A program made the translations under genes and the position numbers. From a virus (lineage: Duplodnaviria; Caudoviricetes): a stretch of DNA of 64,000 nt. The first letter of the stretch is position 1, and every line of letters starts with the position of its first letter. The DNA is taken from IMG/VR virus record IMGVR_UViG_3300006226_001703, positions 1 through 64,000 of that record; one strand, given 5' to 3'. A model generated the notes under the pieces. That model had not been told where the DNA came from and made no database searches. It saw only the letters and a program-made list of their open reading frames with translations. Below are positions 37,285-46,719 of this stretch, piece by piece.

Positions 37285-39033
37285 TTAACGAGTTCCGAAG
37301 CCGATAGTTATCTGCTTTTCTAAAGAATTCTCGTCTTCACAATACTTTCTGATAGTTTCCATATCATAATTATTACCATATAGAATCTCATTTACTTCTT
37401 TCTTTCTAAAGATGTTTTCTATTTGAGCACCAGTAAACTCATCATATTTTTTAGCCAGTTCTCTTGCATCATCTTCTTCAAGTTTAAGCATGTGCTGCCA
37501 AATCTTAGTTCTGTTTTCCAAGTTTGGTTTTTCAAATTCAATTTTATATAGGAATCTACGTTCAAATGCAGAATCCATATTTTCAGTTAAGTTTGTTGTT
37601 GCAATTAAGATGCCTTCAAATGTTTCTAATTCATCTAATATAATATTTTGTGTCGCATTGATGGAGGTAATAATAGCTCCGTTATTACCAGTAACATCCA
37701 ATCTTTTACCAATGATAGCATCAGCTTCGTTGAGTAAAAGAATAGGCTCAATCTTTGCCTCTTGGAGAGCTGATTTGTAATTGCTAAATACTGCTTTAAT
37801 GTTCTTCTCATCTTCACCCCACCACTTACTTCTAATTGAAGACATATCAACTTTAATGATATCTCTTCCAGTTTTCTTTGCTATTTGATATACAGTTTCA
37901 GTTTTACCAGTTCCAGCATATCCGCTAAATAGACAAGCAAATCCTCTTCTAGTTCCAGATGATTTTAGTCTATCATTTATTTCGTTAAACTTTTCTCGCT
38001 CTAATAATGTTGATAATTCATTAATGCTAGCTTCATTATCTTCATTAAAGAATAGTGTTTTTTCTACAATTTTATCAGTTTCAATTAAGTCTTCTTTTTT
38101 CTTTTCTCTAATAACATCTTGTAGATATTTTCGTTTAAATTCTGAGTTTATTTCAACAACATTTTTGTCAGCCTTTCCTGACTCATCAATTGCTCTATCA
38201 AAAATCTTGTTAGTAAAAAATGGATTATTATCATCATTAAAAAGAAAGTTTATAACATTTTCTCTTTTCTTATCAGCAGCAATCCACATGTCAATATATT
38301 CTGAATCTCTATGAAAGTGTGGTCTACCTGAAAGAATTAAATGTCCCATTATATAATATGGGAGTTGATATAAATAATCGAACCTTTCATTTTCACTAAG
38401 TTCATACATAAACTTACAAAACTCATAATGAGAATTTTCATGAAAGATTTTAATTATCTGTAAATTGGCAAGATTTGAAATTTGGTCAAAGTTATTATAA
38501 AGATTAGCAATTTTATCAACTTCAGCAATTACTTGTTTTAACGTTTTTTCTCTTGGCTTTTCTAAATCAGTATCAAATAAAATGAATCCTCTTAATCTAG
38601 CTGATAATGAAAAACAAATATCACCTTCAGCACTATTTACTTGCAAATAATCCTTATCATATAATTTGAAAAAACTTCTATATAAGTCCAACAATATTGA
38701 ACTATCACCATTAGCTATTTTCTTTGCATAAAAGCCTGGGTTCATTGACTGTTGATATTTACAAATAAAAGGAGTTAACATTAGATATTCAATATCACTT
38801 AATTGTAATACGCTTCTTAATTCAACATTTAAGTGTTGTGTTAACTTTTGAGTCTTTTTTGAAAAACCATTTTTTGCTAAAATTTCAAATGTTTTTGCTG
38901 CTTCTTTTTGATAATTCTTTTTGTTAGCTTCAGGTCTGATGAGTTCATTATTATGAAACTTAAATGATGTTCTATATTCATCAGCATCTTCACTCTTACC
39001 AAAAATTTCTGCAATTGATCTAGGTCTTGCCAT
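37285..39033 (-). CDS. AAA+ ATPase
   Basis: LFSGYAGTGKT, SKWWGEDEKN, ILLLNEADAI, TTNL, DSAFERR, C-terminal IGF. Confidence 0.9.
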   Translation of the reverse strand: MARPRSIAEIFGKSEDADEYRTSFKFHNNELIRPEANKKNYQKEAAKTFEILAKNGFSKKTQKLTQHLNVELRSVLQLSDIEYLMLTPFICKYQQSMNPGFYAKKIANGDSSILLDLYRSFFKLYDKDYLQVNSAEGDICFSLSARLRGFILFDTDLEKPREKTLKQVIAEVDKIANLYNNFDQISNLANLQIIKIFHENSHYEFCKFMYELSENERFDYLYQLPYYIMGHLILSGRPHFHRDSEYIDMWIAADKKRENVINFLFNDDNNPFFTNKIFDRAIDESGKADKNVVEINSEFKRKYLQDVIREKKKEDLIETDKIVEKTLFFNEDNEASINELSTLLEREKFNEINDRLKSSGTRRGFACLFSGYAGTGKTETVYQIAKKTGRDIIKVDMSSIRSKWWGEDEKNIKAVFSNYKSALQEAKIEPILLLNEADAIIGKRLDVTGNNGAIITSINATQNIILDELETFEGILIATTNLTENMDSAFERRFLYKIEFEKPNLENRTKIWQHMLKLEEDDARELAKKYDEFTGAQIENIFRKKEVNEILYGNNYDMETIRKYCEDENSLEKQITIGFGTR

Positions 39034-39054
39034 ATTATGTTTCCTAAATAATTA

Positions 39055-39074
39055 GTCCCGCATTTCTGCGGGAC
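39055..39074 (-). terminator. hairpin downstream of SSB-like gene
   Basis: GTCCCGCA/TGCGGGAC perfect 8-bp stem. Confidence 0.6.
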
Positions 39075-39082
39075 GAAAGTCA

Positions 39083-40432
39083 TTAAATAAAACTTGCTCC
39101 ACAAACTGGGCAGGATTCCAATGCCTCTGGAGAAGCAATACCACAATCACAAGCTAAAAGATTTGCTGTTTCATCTCCTTCAGCCCAAATTATGTCTTTC
39201 ACTTTGTCACCATCGACTTTGATATCTTTAATCAATGCTCTATGAGCTTCAGGTAATTTAGCCCAACCTTTTAATAATGCAATTTTCTCATCTGAAAGAT
39301 GTTGCACTGGACCAACTGCAGTTCTTTTTCTTGGTGCTGCTGTTTCAGTTGCAACTGCTTCATTTATTGCTGTGTTTTCAGCAGCTGCTTGTGTTTGTTC
39401 AGCTTCGGCATTTCCATCACCATAAATGCGTGCCCATTCTTCTTTTTCTTTTGCTGAAAGGCCTTCTAATTCCTCATAAAACTTCGTACCAAGATAGGCA
39501 TCACAAAGTTTGAAAATAGATGGGATTCTTTTTAGAAGCTTAGTGAATGATGTTGGCTGATATAATTTGTCAAGGTCATACTTTTCATATGCTCTTTCCT
39601 CATCAGTGAGTCTACCAATTATGATAAACTTTTCATCTGGAATTGTGCCATCAGCATTTTTAAGTTCAACCATCATATCTTTATCTTTGAGGATAGATGC
39701 ATTCTTAATTTCAAATGGATTTTCCTTATCACCAGTTCTCTTTAATGCGATGTCGAAGTTTTGCAAATCACCATATTTACCAACTAGGTCAGCAATTCGT
39801 TTCACATAACCAAAAGACTTTAATCCAATTTTTGGCCACACTGTTCCCTTACTATCCACATTGACTTCCCGGCAAAGAATCTTAGTGTGAGCATTATCTA
39901 CACACCATGGGTCTTCTCTGTCAATTACGTTTTGTACTGTGAATGTAGTTGATTTGTAACCACCAGCGTAAGAAAATTGCTGGCCGTCTTCAGGTTTGAA
40001 ACCGCCCTTAGTTAAGAGCAACCAAAGTTCAGGATGCTTTGATTCGTTGATGTTAACTTTCTTTTTGTTAATCCAAGTTACTTCAGCAACCTTATCGTAA
40101 AGACGATGTAAAATGTGGTTATGTGCTGGAATGTCTTCTCTTAATGGAAGACGAATGGTGAATTTCTTTCCTTCATCATCCTTAACTTCGCACATCATGA
40201 TTTGTTTTGGGTCAAAGTTCTTTCTAACATAACCCTGTGTTTCAGCTCCAGGCGGAGCTCCGATAAGCCTCAAAATCTTGTTTGTTCCAGATTCTAACCC
40301 AACATAAGCTATTTCTTCAAATTCTCTTGGGGCAAAATTAGTGTTTGTTGATTTTTTAGAATCCGCTGCTACTTTGTTTGCATAGGCTTGGAAGTCAAAA
40401 GACTCCAAGTCATTTCCGACTTGTTCACTCAT
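39083..40432 (-). CDS. putative ssDNA-binding protein (gp32-like) with C-terminal Zn ribbon
   Basis: KILRLIGAPP, aromatic/Gly-rich core, TKILC; located in replication cluster; CDCG...CPVCG tail. Confidence 0.45.
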   Translation of the reverse strand: MSEQVGNDLESFDFQAYANKVAADSKKSTNTNFAPREFEEIAYVGLESGTNKILRLIGAPPGAETQGYVRKNFDPKQIMMCEVKDDEGKKFTIRLPLREDIPAHNHILHRLYDKVAEVTWINKKKVNINESKHPELWLLLTKGGFKPEDGQQFSYAGGYKSTTFTVQNVIDREDPWCVDNAHTKILCREVNVDSKGTVWPKIGLKSFGYVKRIADLVGKYGDLQNFDIALKRTGDKENPFEIKNASILKDKDMMVELKNADGTIPDEKFIIIGRLTDEERAYEKYDLDKLYQPTSFTKLLKRIPSIFKLCDAYLGTKFYEELEGLSAKEKEEWARIYGDGNAEAEQTQAAAENTAINEAVATETAAPRKRTAVGPVQHLSDEKIALLKGWAKLPEAHRALIKDIKVDGDKVKDIIWAEGDETANLLACDCGIASPEALESCPVCGASFI

Positions 40433-40519
40433 AATTTCTCCTTAACACACTCGTGTTTTCTTTTTTATTTGGCTACTATCCTTCGCCTTAGATATACTAA
40501 TATCTATTATTTAGTTATA

Positions 40520-40774
40520 TTAACTGTACTCTTTAGTCTTAATTAAAGCTTCTAAATATCCTAAAAATTGTTCGTCATATTTTTCTTTAGTTTCATCATT
40601 AAATGGATAATCTAAAATGAAAAGAGCTTCTTTATTTAGTCCACTTAAAGTTGCGCCGTTAATCATCGCATCGTAAGATTTTTGTACATCCTCTCGTTTG
40701 CCAATATGATGTACCATTGAATAAGGTGGGGCTTTCTTTTTGTCATGCACGCCCATTATGCTAATATCTTTCAT
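40520..40774 (-). CDS. hypothetical protein
   Basis: 84-aa ORF. Confidence 0.6.
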   Translation of the reverse strand: MKDISIMGVHDKKKAPPYSMVHHIGKREDVQKSYDAMINGATLSGLNKEALFILDYPFNDETKEKYDEQFLGYLEALIKTKEYS

Positions 40775-40944
40775 ATTTTTAGATTAACTTTCAACCTAAT
40801 ATGATCAATAATAATGAAACCTAATAATCCAACTGTAAAAAATACTTGAAATAATGGGAAAATAGATAAATAGAGAAACAATGGAACTCCAATACAAATT
40901 CCAAAAACGATAGCAGTCATTTTAATAAACTCATTCCAACTCAT
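40771..40944 (-). CDS. small membrane protein (57 aa, not in ORF track)
   Basis: hand translation MSWNEFIKMTAIVFGICIGVPLFLYLSIFPLFQVFFTVGLLGFIIIDHIRLKVNLKI. Confidence 0.5.
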   Translation of the reverse strand: MSWNEFIKMTAIVFGICIGVPLFLYLSIFPLFQVFFTVGLLGFIIIDHIRLKVNLKI

Positions 40945-40953
40945 GGATTTATA

Positions 40954-41460
40954 TTAACCACTTACTAACTGAGAATTTCCAATTGGTGATGCATTATGAC
41001 CAGCACCACAACAAGAATGCGGGGAAGTTCCACTTAATAATTCATTACAGATTGGACAACATGGAGGAGGTGGTGGTTCCGGTTCTGGTGGTAGAGGTAA
41101 TGGAGGCATTGGGACAATTTCATCTAAAATGAGATAAACTTTATAGTCAAAATCTTCGTCTCTTCTTAAAAGATAAACTTTCAAAAAGTCAGTAACGAGT
41201 CCTTCTATTCTTAAAAATTTCTGATTATTAAAACGAGATATGTAATATCTACTAGCATTCTCATAATCGTCTAACCATCTTTGAAAAAGAGGTTTAAAGT
41301 CAGACTTTTGTCGAATCATTAGTTCGTGCCATCTGTCTACTTTTGCTAATAATTTAGCTCTATCGTAAACATATTCACAAAACCCAACGTCGAGATTGCA
41401 TGTATGTTGATATGGTGTTAAATGCACAGTTCTTGCCATATTATTTAGTAAATATGGCAA
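40954..41460 (-). CDS. hypothetical protein with Pro/Cys tail
   Basis: 168-aa ORF. Confidence 0.6.
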   Translation of the reverse strand: MPYLLNNMARTVHLTPYQHTCNLDVGFCEYVYDRAKLLAKVDRWHELMIRQKSDFKPLFQRWLDDYENASRYYISRFNNQKFLRIEGLVTDFLKVYLLRRDEDFDYKVYLILDEIVPMPPLPLPPEPEPPPPPCCPICNELLSGTSPHSCCGAGHNASPIGNSQLVSG

Positions 41461-41467
41461 GTTTTCT

Positions 41468-43318
41468 TTAGTCTCTGATTCTCTCAGTTATGAACACTGT
41501 TTTGAATGTGTTATTCCATTTCACATTGAACTCATTATCATCTCTGCGGCTGCCTCTGGACATTGTTCTCTCACAATCTTCTTTTGAATGAACATTATAA
41601 CCAATTGCATATTTTATCCCAGGCATTCCTTCAGCTGCTCTAATCCAATGTTGCAAATCGTCCTCAAAGTCAGATATAATGAATAGTTTATCAGTTGCTT
41701 TTCTAAGATAGCCCTTTTCTTTGACATATTTAATGCCCTCAGCAATTTCAGTACCCCCACCTGCATAAACTGATTTAGTTCTGGCACTCATTATCTCATC
41801 ACTAACTACTCTTGTATCACAGAAGATTATATGACTGTTCTTTAAGTCAATCCCCGAGTTCGTATCGACAATAGAGTTGATAACACGCTCGACATAATTA
41901 GTAGGAACGGAACCGCTAACATCAACGATAATGTGACACTCGGTGGGCATCCACTTTTCAATGAAGTGACGCCGGGGTACCACAACCCGAGATGCAAACT
42001 TGCCACGATTACTATTGTAAAGTACGTCACTATTTAACTTCCTATTCTTTTTTCCCAAACAATTCTTTCTGAGGAACTTCGTAAAGTTATCAAAAGTCTC
42101 ACAAGTTTCAAATTCAAGTTGGACATCAGAATGACCAGTGCGACTTCTTCCATCACTACCAGCCGACCTTCCAAAAGATGGTCCATCCTCTTCATCACCA
42201 CTGTCATCAAGCTCTTCACTCTCTGATTCTTCAGCTTTTTCTTGACTTTCCATTTGGTCAGCATATTTGTCGAGCACATCTTGACTCACAGTTTTACCTT
42301 GACCGCTATCACATGGAGAACCATTTTGGCCACAAGCTGCTGCAATCTGTTTCATGACTTGTTCCATAGTTTCATCAATATCTTTCACTAATAAAACCAT
42401 ATAAGTCATCCAATCAAGTTTCTCAGGCCATCCTCTATTTGCAGGATAACAGAATTGGAAGTCCCCTTCCTCACCGTTTATTCTGTCAATTAAGCTCTTC
42501 AATATGAAGTGGAACTTTCCAACTAAAGTCATGTATTCTTTTGATTCAGTTTTTCTTGCCTTAACATTCTTAATTAAACCAGACAAGTCATCAAATTGGT
42601 TTTGAAGATCAATAAACGATATTAAAATGGCAGACCTTGACAAAGTTTTCTTAGCCTTAAACCATTCGCCATTATCAAATAATTTGCTATTTATTTCCAT
42701 ATCTTGTGCAATATTACTGAACTCATGAAATAGCATTTTAACTATTTTATCTTTTGAGTTCTTCATTGTAGTTGCATCAAAGTATTTTGCTAATTTAGTG
42801 TCCCAAATTGGGTCAAGAAGTTTCTTAAATTGGTCAATGTAGATTTTATAGCCCTGAGTGTGATTAAAAATTATATGTCCCTTCTCATGAAGGTCAGCAC
42901 TATCATAAGCCTCATCTTCTACCAATTCATTTATAAAGATTTTGTAAGTATTTCTCCACTCGCGAATTACACAAGCCATTGTGTGAAGCTCTTTGAATTT
43001 TTTCATATCGCGAGGAAGATATTTCACTATAGTCCCCAACCCAATTAAGTCGTCGTCAGTTTCCTGTAATTGGGTGGGAGTATAGTTTGATCTTTTGTAA
43101 ACAGAGTCAATTATTTTTTCAATATAGTCGACATCAGCTTTTGTGAGCAATCTTCCATCAGAAACATTCTCACAGAATAAAGCCTTATCATTAAACTTTA
43201 CGGGTGATTTTGCATCGTACCAAGGAGCTTGTTCGTAAACTTGTTGGGCTGCCTGCCTATCTTTTGGAGTCAAAACATTGAGTGATTTATTTGCAGTTTT
43301 TGTAGTTACCTTCGCCAT
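41468..43318 (-). CDS. VWA-domain protein (DUF2201-like), partner of MoxR ATPase
   Basis: IIVDVSGSV MIDAS, GGGTEI, ISDFE; acidic linker. Confidence 0.8.
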   Translation of the reverse strand: MAKVTTKTANKSLNVLTPKDRQAAQQVYEQAPWYDAKSPVKFNDKALFCENVSDGRLLTKADVDYIEKIIDSVYKRSNYTPTQLQETDDDLIGLGTIVKYLPRDMKKFKELHTMACVIREWRNTYKIFINELVEDEAYDSADLHEKGHIIFNHTQGYKIYIDQFKKLLDPIWDTKLAKYFDATTMKNSKDKIVKMLFHEFSNIAQDMEINSKLFDNGEWFKAKKTLSRSAILISFIDLQNQFDDLSGLIKNVKARKTESKEYMTLVGKFHFILKSLIDRINGEEGDFQFCYPANRGWPEKLDWMTYMVLLVKDIDETMEQVMKQIAAACGQNGSPCDSGQGKTVSQDVLDKYADQMESQEKAEESESEELDDSGDEEDGPSFGRSAGSDGRSRTGHSDVQLEFETCETFDNFTKFLRKNCLGKKNRKLNSDVLYNSNRGKFASRVVVPRRHFIEKWMPTECHIIVDVSGSVPTNYVERVINSIVDTNSGIDLKNSHIIFCDTRVVSDEIMSARTKSVYAGGGTEIAEGIKYVKEKGYLRKATDKLFIISDFEDDLQHWIRAAEGMPGIKYAIGYNVHSKEDCERTMSRGSRRDDNEFNVKWNNTFKTVFITERIRD

Positions 43319-43347
43319 TATTTATCCTCCAATAAGATATAAGACAT

Positions 43348-43569
43348 TTAAGCCGTCAAGTTCCAATAGTTATTTTCATCTGCCATCGTTAGCCATTCTT
43401 TTACTGGAATGTTTTTGATTCCTTCCTTGTCAGGCCAATAAACAGAATCAATTGTTGAAGTCGTCAAGTTTGTCGTTTTCTTATTGAGGTTGTTAGCCTC
43501 GTGAAAAATGTCGTTCCTGACAAAAGCTTTTTTGTTTTCTCCGCTTTTCATTTTAACTAAAACTATCAT
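43348..43569 (-). CDS. hypothetical protein
   Basis: 73-aa ORF, GGAGG RBS. Confidence 0.65.
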   Translation of the reverse strand: MIVLVKMKSGENKKAFVRNDIFHEANNLNKKTTNLTTSTIDSVYWPDKEGIKNIPVKEWLTMADENNYWNLTA

Positions 43570-43580
43570 TCTGTTCCTCC

Positions 43581-44942
43581 TTAAAGGCTATTCAAGATAG
43601 CAGTTTTATAAGCCTCGTATGTGTTGCAGATTAACTCTATTTTGTTAAGCACAGGCTTGAGTTCGAACAATTCCATGTTCTTTAAGTAATTCCGCATTGT
43701 GTCGATTTTGTTCAAGTCCATCAAAATAGTGTTATTGTCCCACTTATTTATGACGGCCTCCATACCTTGGACTGTTGGCGGATAAGTTTTCTCGATGATT
43801 TCAGTTAACCGCTGAATGTTTATGTCGTTCACATTTCCGTTGGACTCATGATAGCGCATCCATTCAGAGATACATTTTTCAACTGATTTCTTCTTGTAGT
43901 TTAATTCCACCGCATTTATTTCGTTTATGTTTTCTTCAACTGCTTTTCTTAAAACTGTCTGGAAACCACGAATGATATAAGTGTGGTAGTCATCTTTTTC
44001 TTGCGGTGTTTTGAAGTTATTAGTTCCAAGCCCAACGAGTCCCAAACAAAATGCGATAATATGGCGCTTGAACTTCTTGCGGATAATTCCAAAGTGAACA
44101 CAAGCAAGAGCAATCTGATACAAGTAGTGAATTGTTCGTCCAGTTATGAATCCATAAATTGGTCCAGGTTGGTCGAAAATATCTGAGAAGTCGGTGTTCT
44201 GAATGTTTATGTAACCATCATTTGGGTTGTATTGCTCAAATAATTTACACATAATCGTCTTGAGGATTTTCCTAACGGAATCTTCAATTGCAGGTGTAAC
44301 ATTCACATAAGCGAAAACTGGGATATTGGCTTCCCTTTCCTCTTTAGTCTGAAGGAACTCTTCAACCAATCCAACACCATCAAAAGGACGAACATTGATG
44401 ATACAGAATCTGTTTAATGTCGGAGCTTGAATTCCACACTGAGGCGGGATATTTCCCTTGTAGTTAGCGGCTGATACAACTAGACAATCTTCTGGAAGAA
44501 AGTTTTCCTTGCCTCCAACTTTTCTGTCAAAAATGAGCTGCAACATGGCACCCTGAACATTGTCAGCTGCCTGTGAAAGCTCATCAATAAAGAGCAAAGT
44601 CTTAAACCCTTGCCGTTTATTTTCCATGATTTCGTCAAACCAGTCGGGTGTGTAAGTTATAAGTCTGCGCTCTGATGTGTCATTTACCATGTAACCGAGA
44701 ATTTCCTCCGCCACTCTCTGTGTACCGATAAGCGTTGTGACTTTGTAACCATACTGTTCCGCCCACATTCTGACGCCAGTAGTTTTTGCAATCCCAGGAT
44801 TACCCAAAAAGAGAAACGGAATCTTTGAGTACTCTGCAACTGAAAGCGAGATATAGATTAAGTCCCTAATCTCGTTAACATTACGTTCCTCATCATCGTC
44901 ATCTTTTGTTGGTCCAGTGGGATCGATTTGATTTTTGGCCAT
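43581..44942 (-). CDS. MoxR-like AAA+ ATPase
   Basis: FLGNPGIAKT, LLFIDELSQA, VVSAANY, LNRF. Confidence 0.85.
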   Translation of the reverse strand: MAKNQIDPTGPTKDDDDEERNVNEIRDLIYISLSVAEYSKIPFLFLGNPGIAKTTGVRMWAEQYGYKVTTLIGTQRVAEEILGYMVNDTSERRLITYTPDWFDEIMENKRQGFKTLLFIDELSQAADNVQGAMLQLIFDRKVGGKENFLPEDCLVVSAANYKGNIPPQCGIQAPTLNRFCIINVRPFDGVGLVEEFLQTKEEREANIPVFAYVNVTPAIEDSVRKILKTIMCKLFEQYNPNDGYINIQNTDFSDIFDQPGPIYGFITGRTIHYLYQIALACVHFGIIRKKFKRHIIAFCLGLVGLGTNNFKTPQEKDDYHTYIIRGFQTVLRKAVEENINEINAVELNYKKKSVEKCISEWMRYHESNGNVNDINIQRLTEIIEKTYPPTVQGMEAVINKWDNNTILMDLNKIDTMRNYLKNMELFELKPVLNKIELICNTYEAYKTAILNSL

Positions 44943-44979
44943 TTATATGCCTCCTAATAATATATAAGAATCACTGATT

Positions 44980-45309
44980 TTATCTAACGACAATGTCGGA
45001 ATTCTTCCTAGAGAATCTGTTGCGGAAATATGCAAGTGCTTCTTCAAATGAGACATGACGGATATGTTTACAACCGTTCTCATTATTCCAAAGAATTGGC
45101 GTGCATGATGTTATGTTGAAATTTCGACCGTAAGGGTCAGGCCTTTTAGTTAAACAGCGGACTACGCCATTTTTGTAAAAGACATAAGTTTTGTGTTTTA
45201 CGCCAAAGTCAAAAGCGAAAGTGCCATTATTAAGTTGTCTCTGAGTTGAGATAAACTTACCGTTACATTCATTGGCCAATTCATTGGCGAGTTTTATTTG
45301 GTTTTCCAT
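44980..45309 (-). CDS. hypothetical early protein
   Basis: 109-aa ORF directly downstream of a class I promoter. Confidence 0.7.
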   Translation of the reverse strand: MENQIKLANELANECNGKFISTQRQLNNGTFAFDFGVKHKTYVFYKNGVVRCLTKRPDPYGRNFNITSCTPILWNNENGCKHIRHVSFEEALAYFRNRFSRKNSDIVVR

Positions 45310-45310
45310 G

Positions 45311-45346
45311 TATAATATATAAGTTTTTGGACTTATATGTTCAAAA
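45311..45346 (-). promoter_or_regulatory. class I promoter, third copy
   Basis: TTTTGAACA-N14-CTTATATATTA with the same spacing as the other two copies. Confidence 0.65.
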
Positions 45347-45351
45347 TCTAA

Positions 45352-45888
45352 TTACCACCAATTAAACACATAATGGCCAATTAAGTAAACTGCTCCAGTT
45401 ATTGCAATGGTTCCAACTCCATAAGAAGTCATTCTAACATCTTGATTAGCAATTCCAGTTCCAAGCATGTAACCACCAGCAGCCATACCGGCTCCAGTTA
45501 TCCCAAAAACTACAGGTTGAAATTTCTCTTTTCTAATTAGACGAGCTGTTTCTCTTGCCCATGCATCTGAAATTGCTCTCTGTTGGTCAAGTAAGCCTTC
45601 CATGTACCACCAATTTTCAAGTGCATCAATTACACCTTCTTCAGCAGAGGCTAATCTCACTCGTAAGGCTTCAATCATTTGTCTTGATTCATTGAGAAGA
45701 GCTTGCATCTCTTCATTGTTTTCAGTTAAAAGTTGGACTCTTTCATTAACTCTTTCCCATGCTTCTTCTATTTCGTCAATTTGAAACATTACTCCATCAA
45801 TAAAACTCTGTAACATTTCTTCATCTTCAAAAGCATATAAGCCAGATGCTAATAATCCAATAAAAACGATAAGTACGATTTTTTTCAT
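45352..45888 (-). CDS. exported/membrane coiled-coil protein
   Basis: signal peptide-like N-terminus, coiled coil, two C-terminal hydrophobic segments. Confidence 0.65.
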   Translation of the reverse strand: MKKIVLIVFIGLLASGLYAFEDEEMLQSFIDGVMFQIDEIEEAWERVNERVQLLTENNEEMQALLNESRQMIEALRVRLASAEEGVIDALENWWYMEGLLDQQRAISDAWARETARLIRKEKFQPVVFGITGAGMAAGGYMLGTGIANQDVRMTSYGVGTIAITGAVYLIGHYVFNWW

Positions 45889-45889
45889 C

Positions 45890-46291
45890 TTAATTCTCCA
45901 ATAATTCTAAAGTGCGTTGGTTGATTCTAAATTGGTGTAATGCGAATTCTCCTAATCTTTGAACTGACACTCTCAAATTATTGATGTTTATTCCACCTAA
46001 AATCTCACTAATCTCACCTAATATCTCATTAGAACTAATAGTCAATAAAATGATTTCTTCATTATTATTATCAACAATGAGAGCATACTCTTGTGATGCT
46101 CTTAAATCTTCTAAAGCTGATTCTAATTGAGATTCCAAAATTTCGCCTTGGGCTTTCAATTCAGCATTTATGGCGTTCATCTCCTGGGCATAAGCGACGG
46201 AACCTGACCTTCCGTAGTAAATAGCAAACCCAGTACTGACAGCGGCTATAACAGCTACGATGATAAATGCTATTTTCCAATTCTTTGTCAA
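45890..46291 (-). CDS. membrane-anchored coiled-coil protein
   Basis: N-terminal TM helix followed by heptads. Confidence 0.65.
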   Translation of the reverse strand: MTKNWKIAFIIVAVIAAVSTGFAIYYGRSGSVAYAQEMNAINAELKAQGEILESQLESALEDLRASQEYALIVDNNNEEIILLTISSNEILGEISEILGGININNLRVSVQRLGEFALHQFRINQRTLELLEN

Positions 46292-46308
46292 TTTATTACT
46301 CCTAATAA

Positions 46309-46617
46309 TTAGTTGGCCAACTCCTGTGTCTCAACTATTACATCTTCTCCATAAGTGTTTACAAGCGTATTCATAATGTCAGAAGGCGGGTAGAAAAGTT
46401 TGACATTTTTGTACTCATCAATTTTTCGAAAGTCCTTCTTTTCTGTGCATTGTGTACAGTAGATATTCCAAATGTTATCCTTTTCAGATTTAAGATACAT
46501 AAACATATCACCATTTAGTTCACAATCACATTGTCCGAGTGGTAGCATATTTTCTACTATTTCCATAGTATTGTTATGTGCTGCAGCTGCTTCTTTCTTC
46601 TTTAGTCTATTACTCAT
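46309..46617 (-). CDS. hypothetical Zn-binding protein
   Basis: CDC...CTQC. Confidence 0.6.
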   Translation of the reverse strand: MSNRLKKKEAAAAHNNTMEIVENMLPLGQCDCELNGDMFMYLKSEKDNIWNIYCTQCTEKKDFRKIDEYKNVKLFYPPSDIMNTLVNTYGEDVIVETQELAN

Positions 46618-46719
46618 AATGATTATATTAACTATGTTAGATATAAAAAATTCTTGACTGGTGAAAACTCTTTCATCTTTAAAGATAAATTTAGCTATGA
46701 AAGAAAACTCGAGGTCAAG

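Noticed and set aside
37285-39033. AAA+ ATPase as an FtsH/Clp protease component
   Set aside because: No protease domain or TM segment; only a generic single AAA module can be supported
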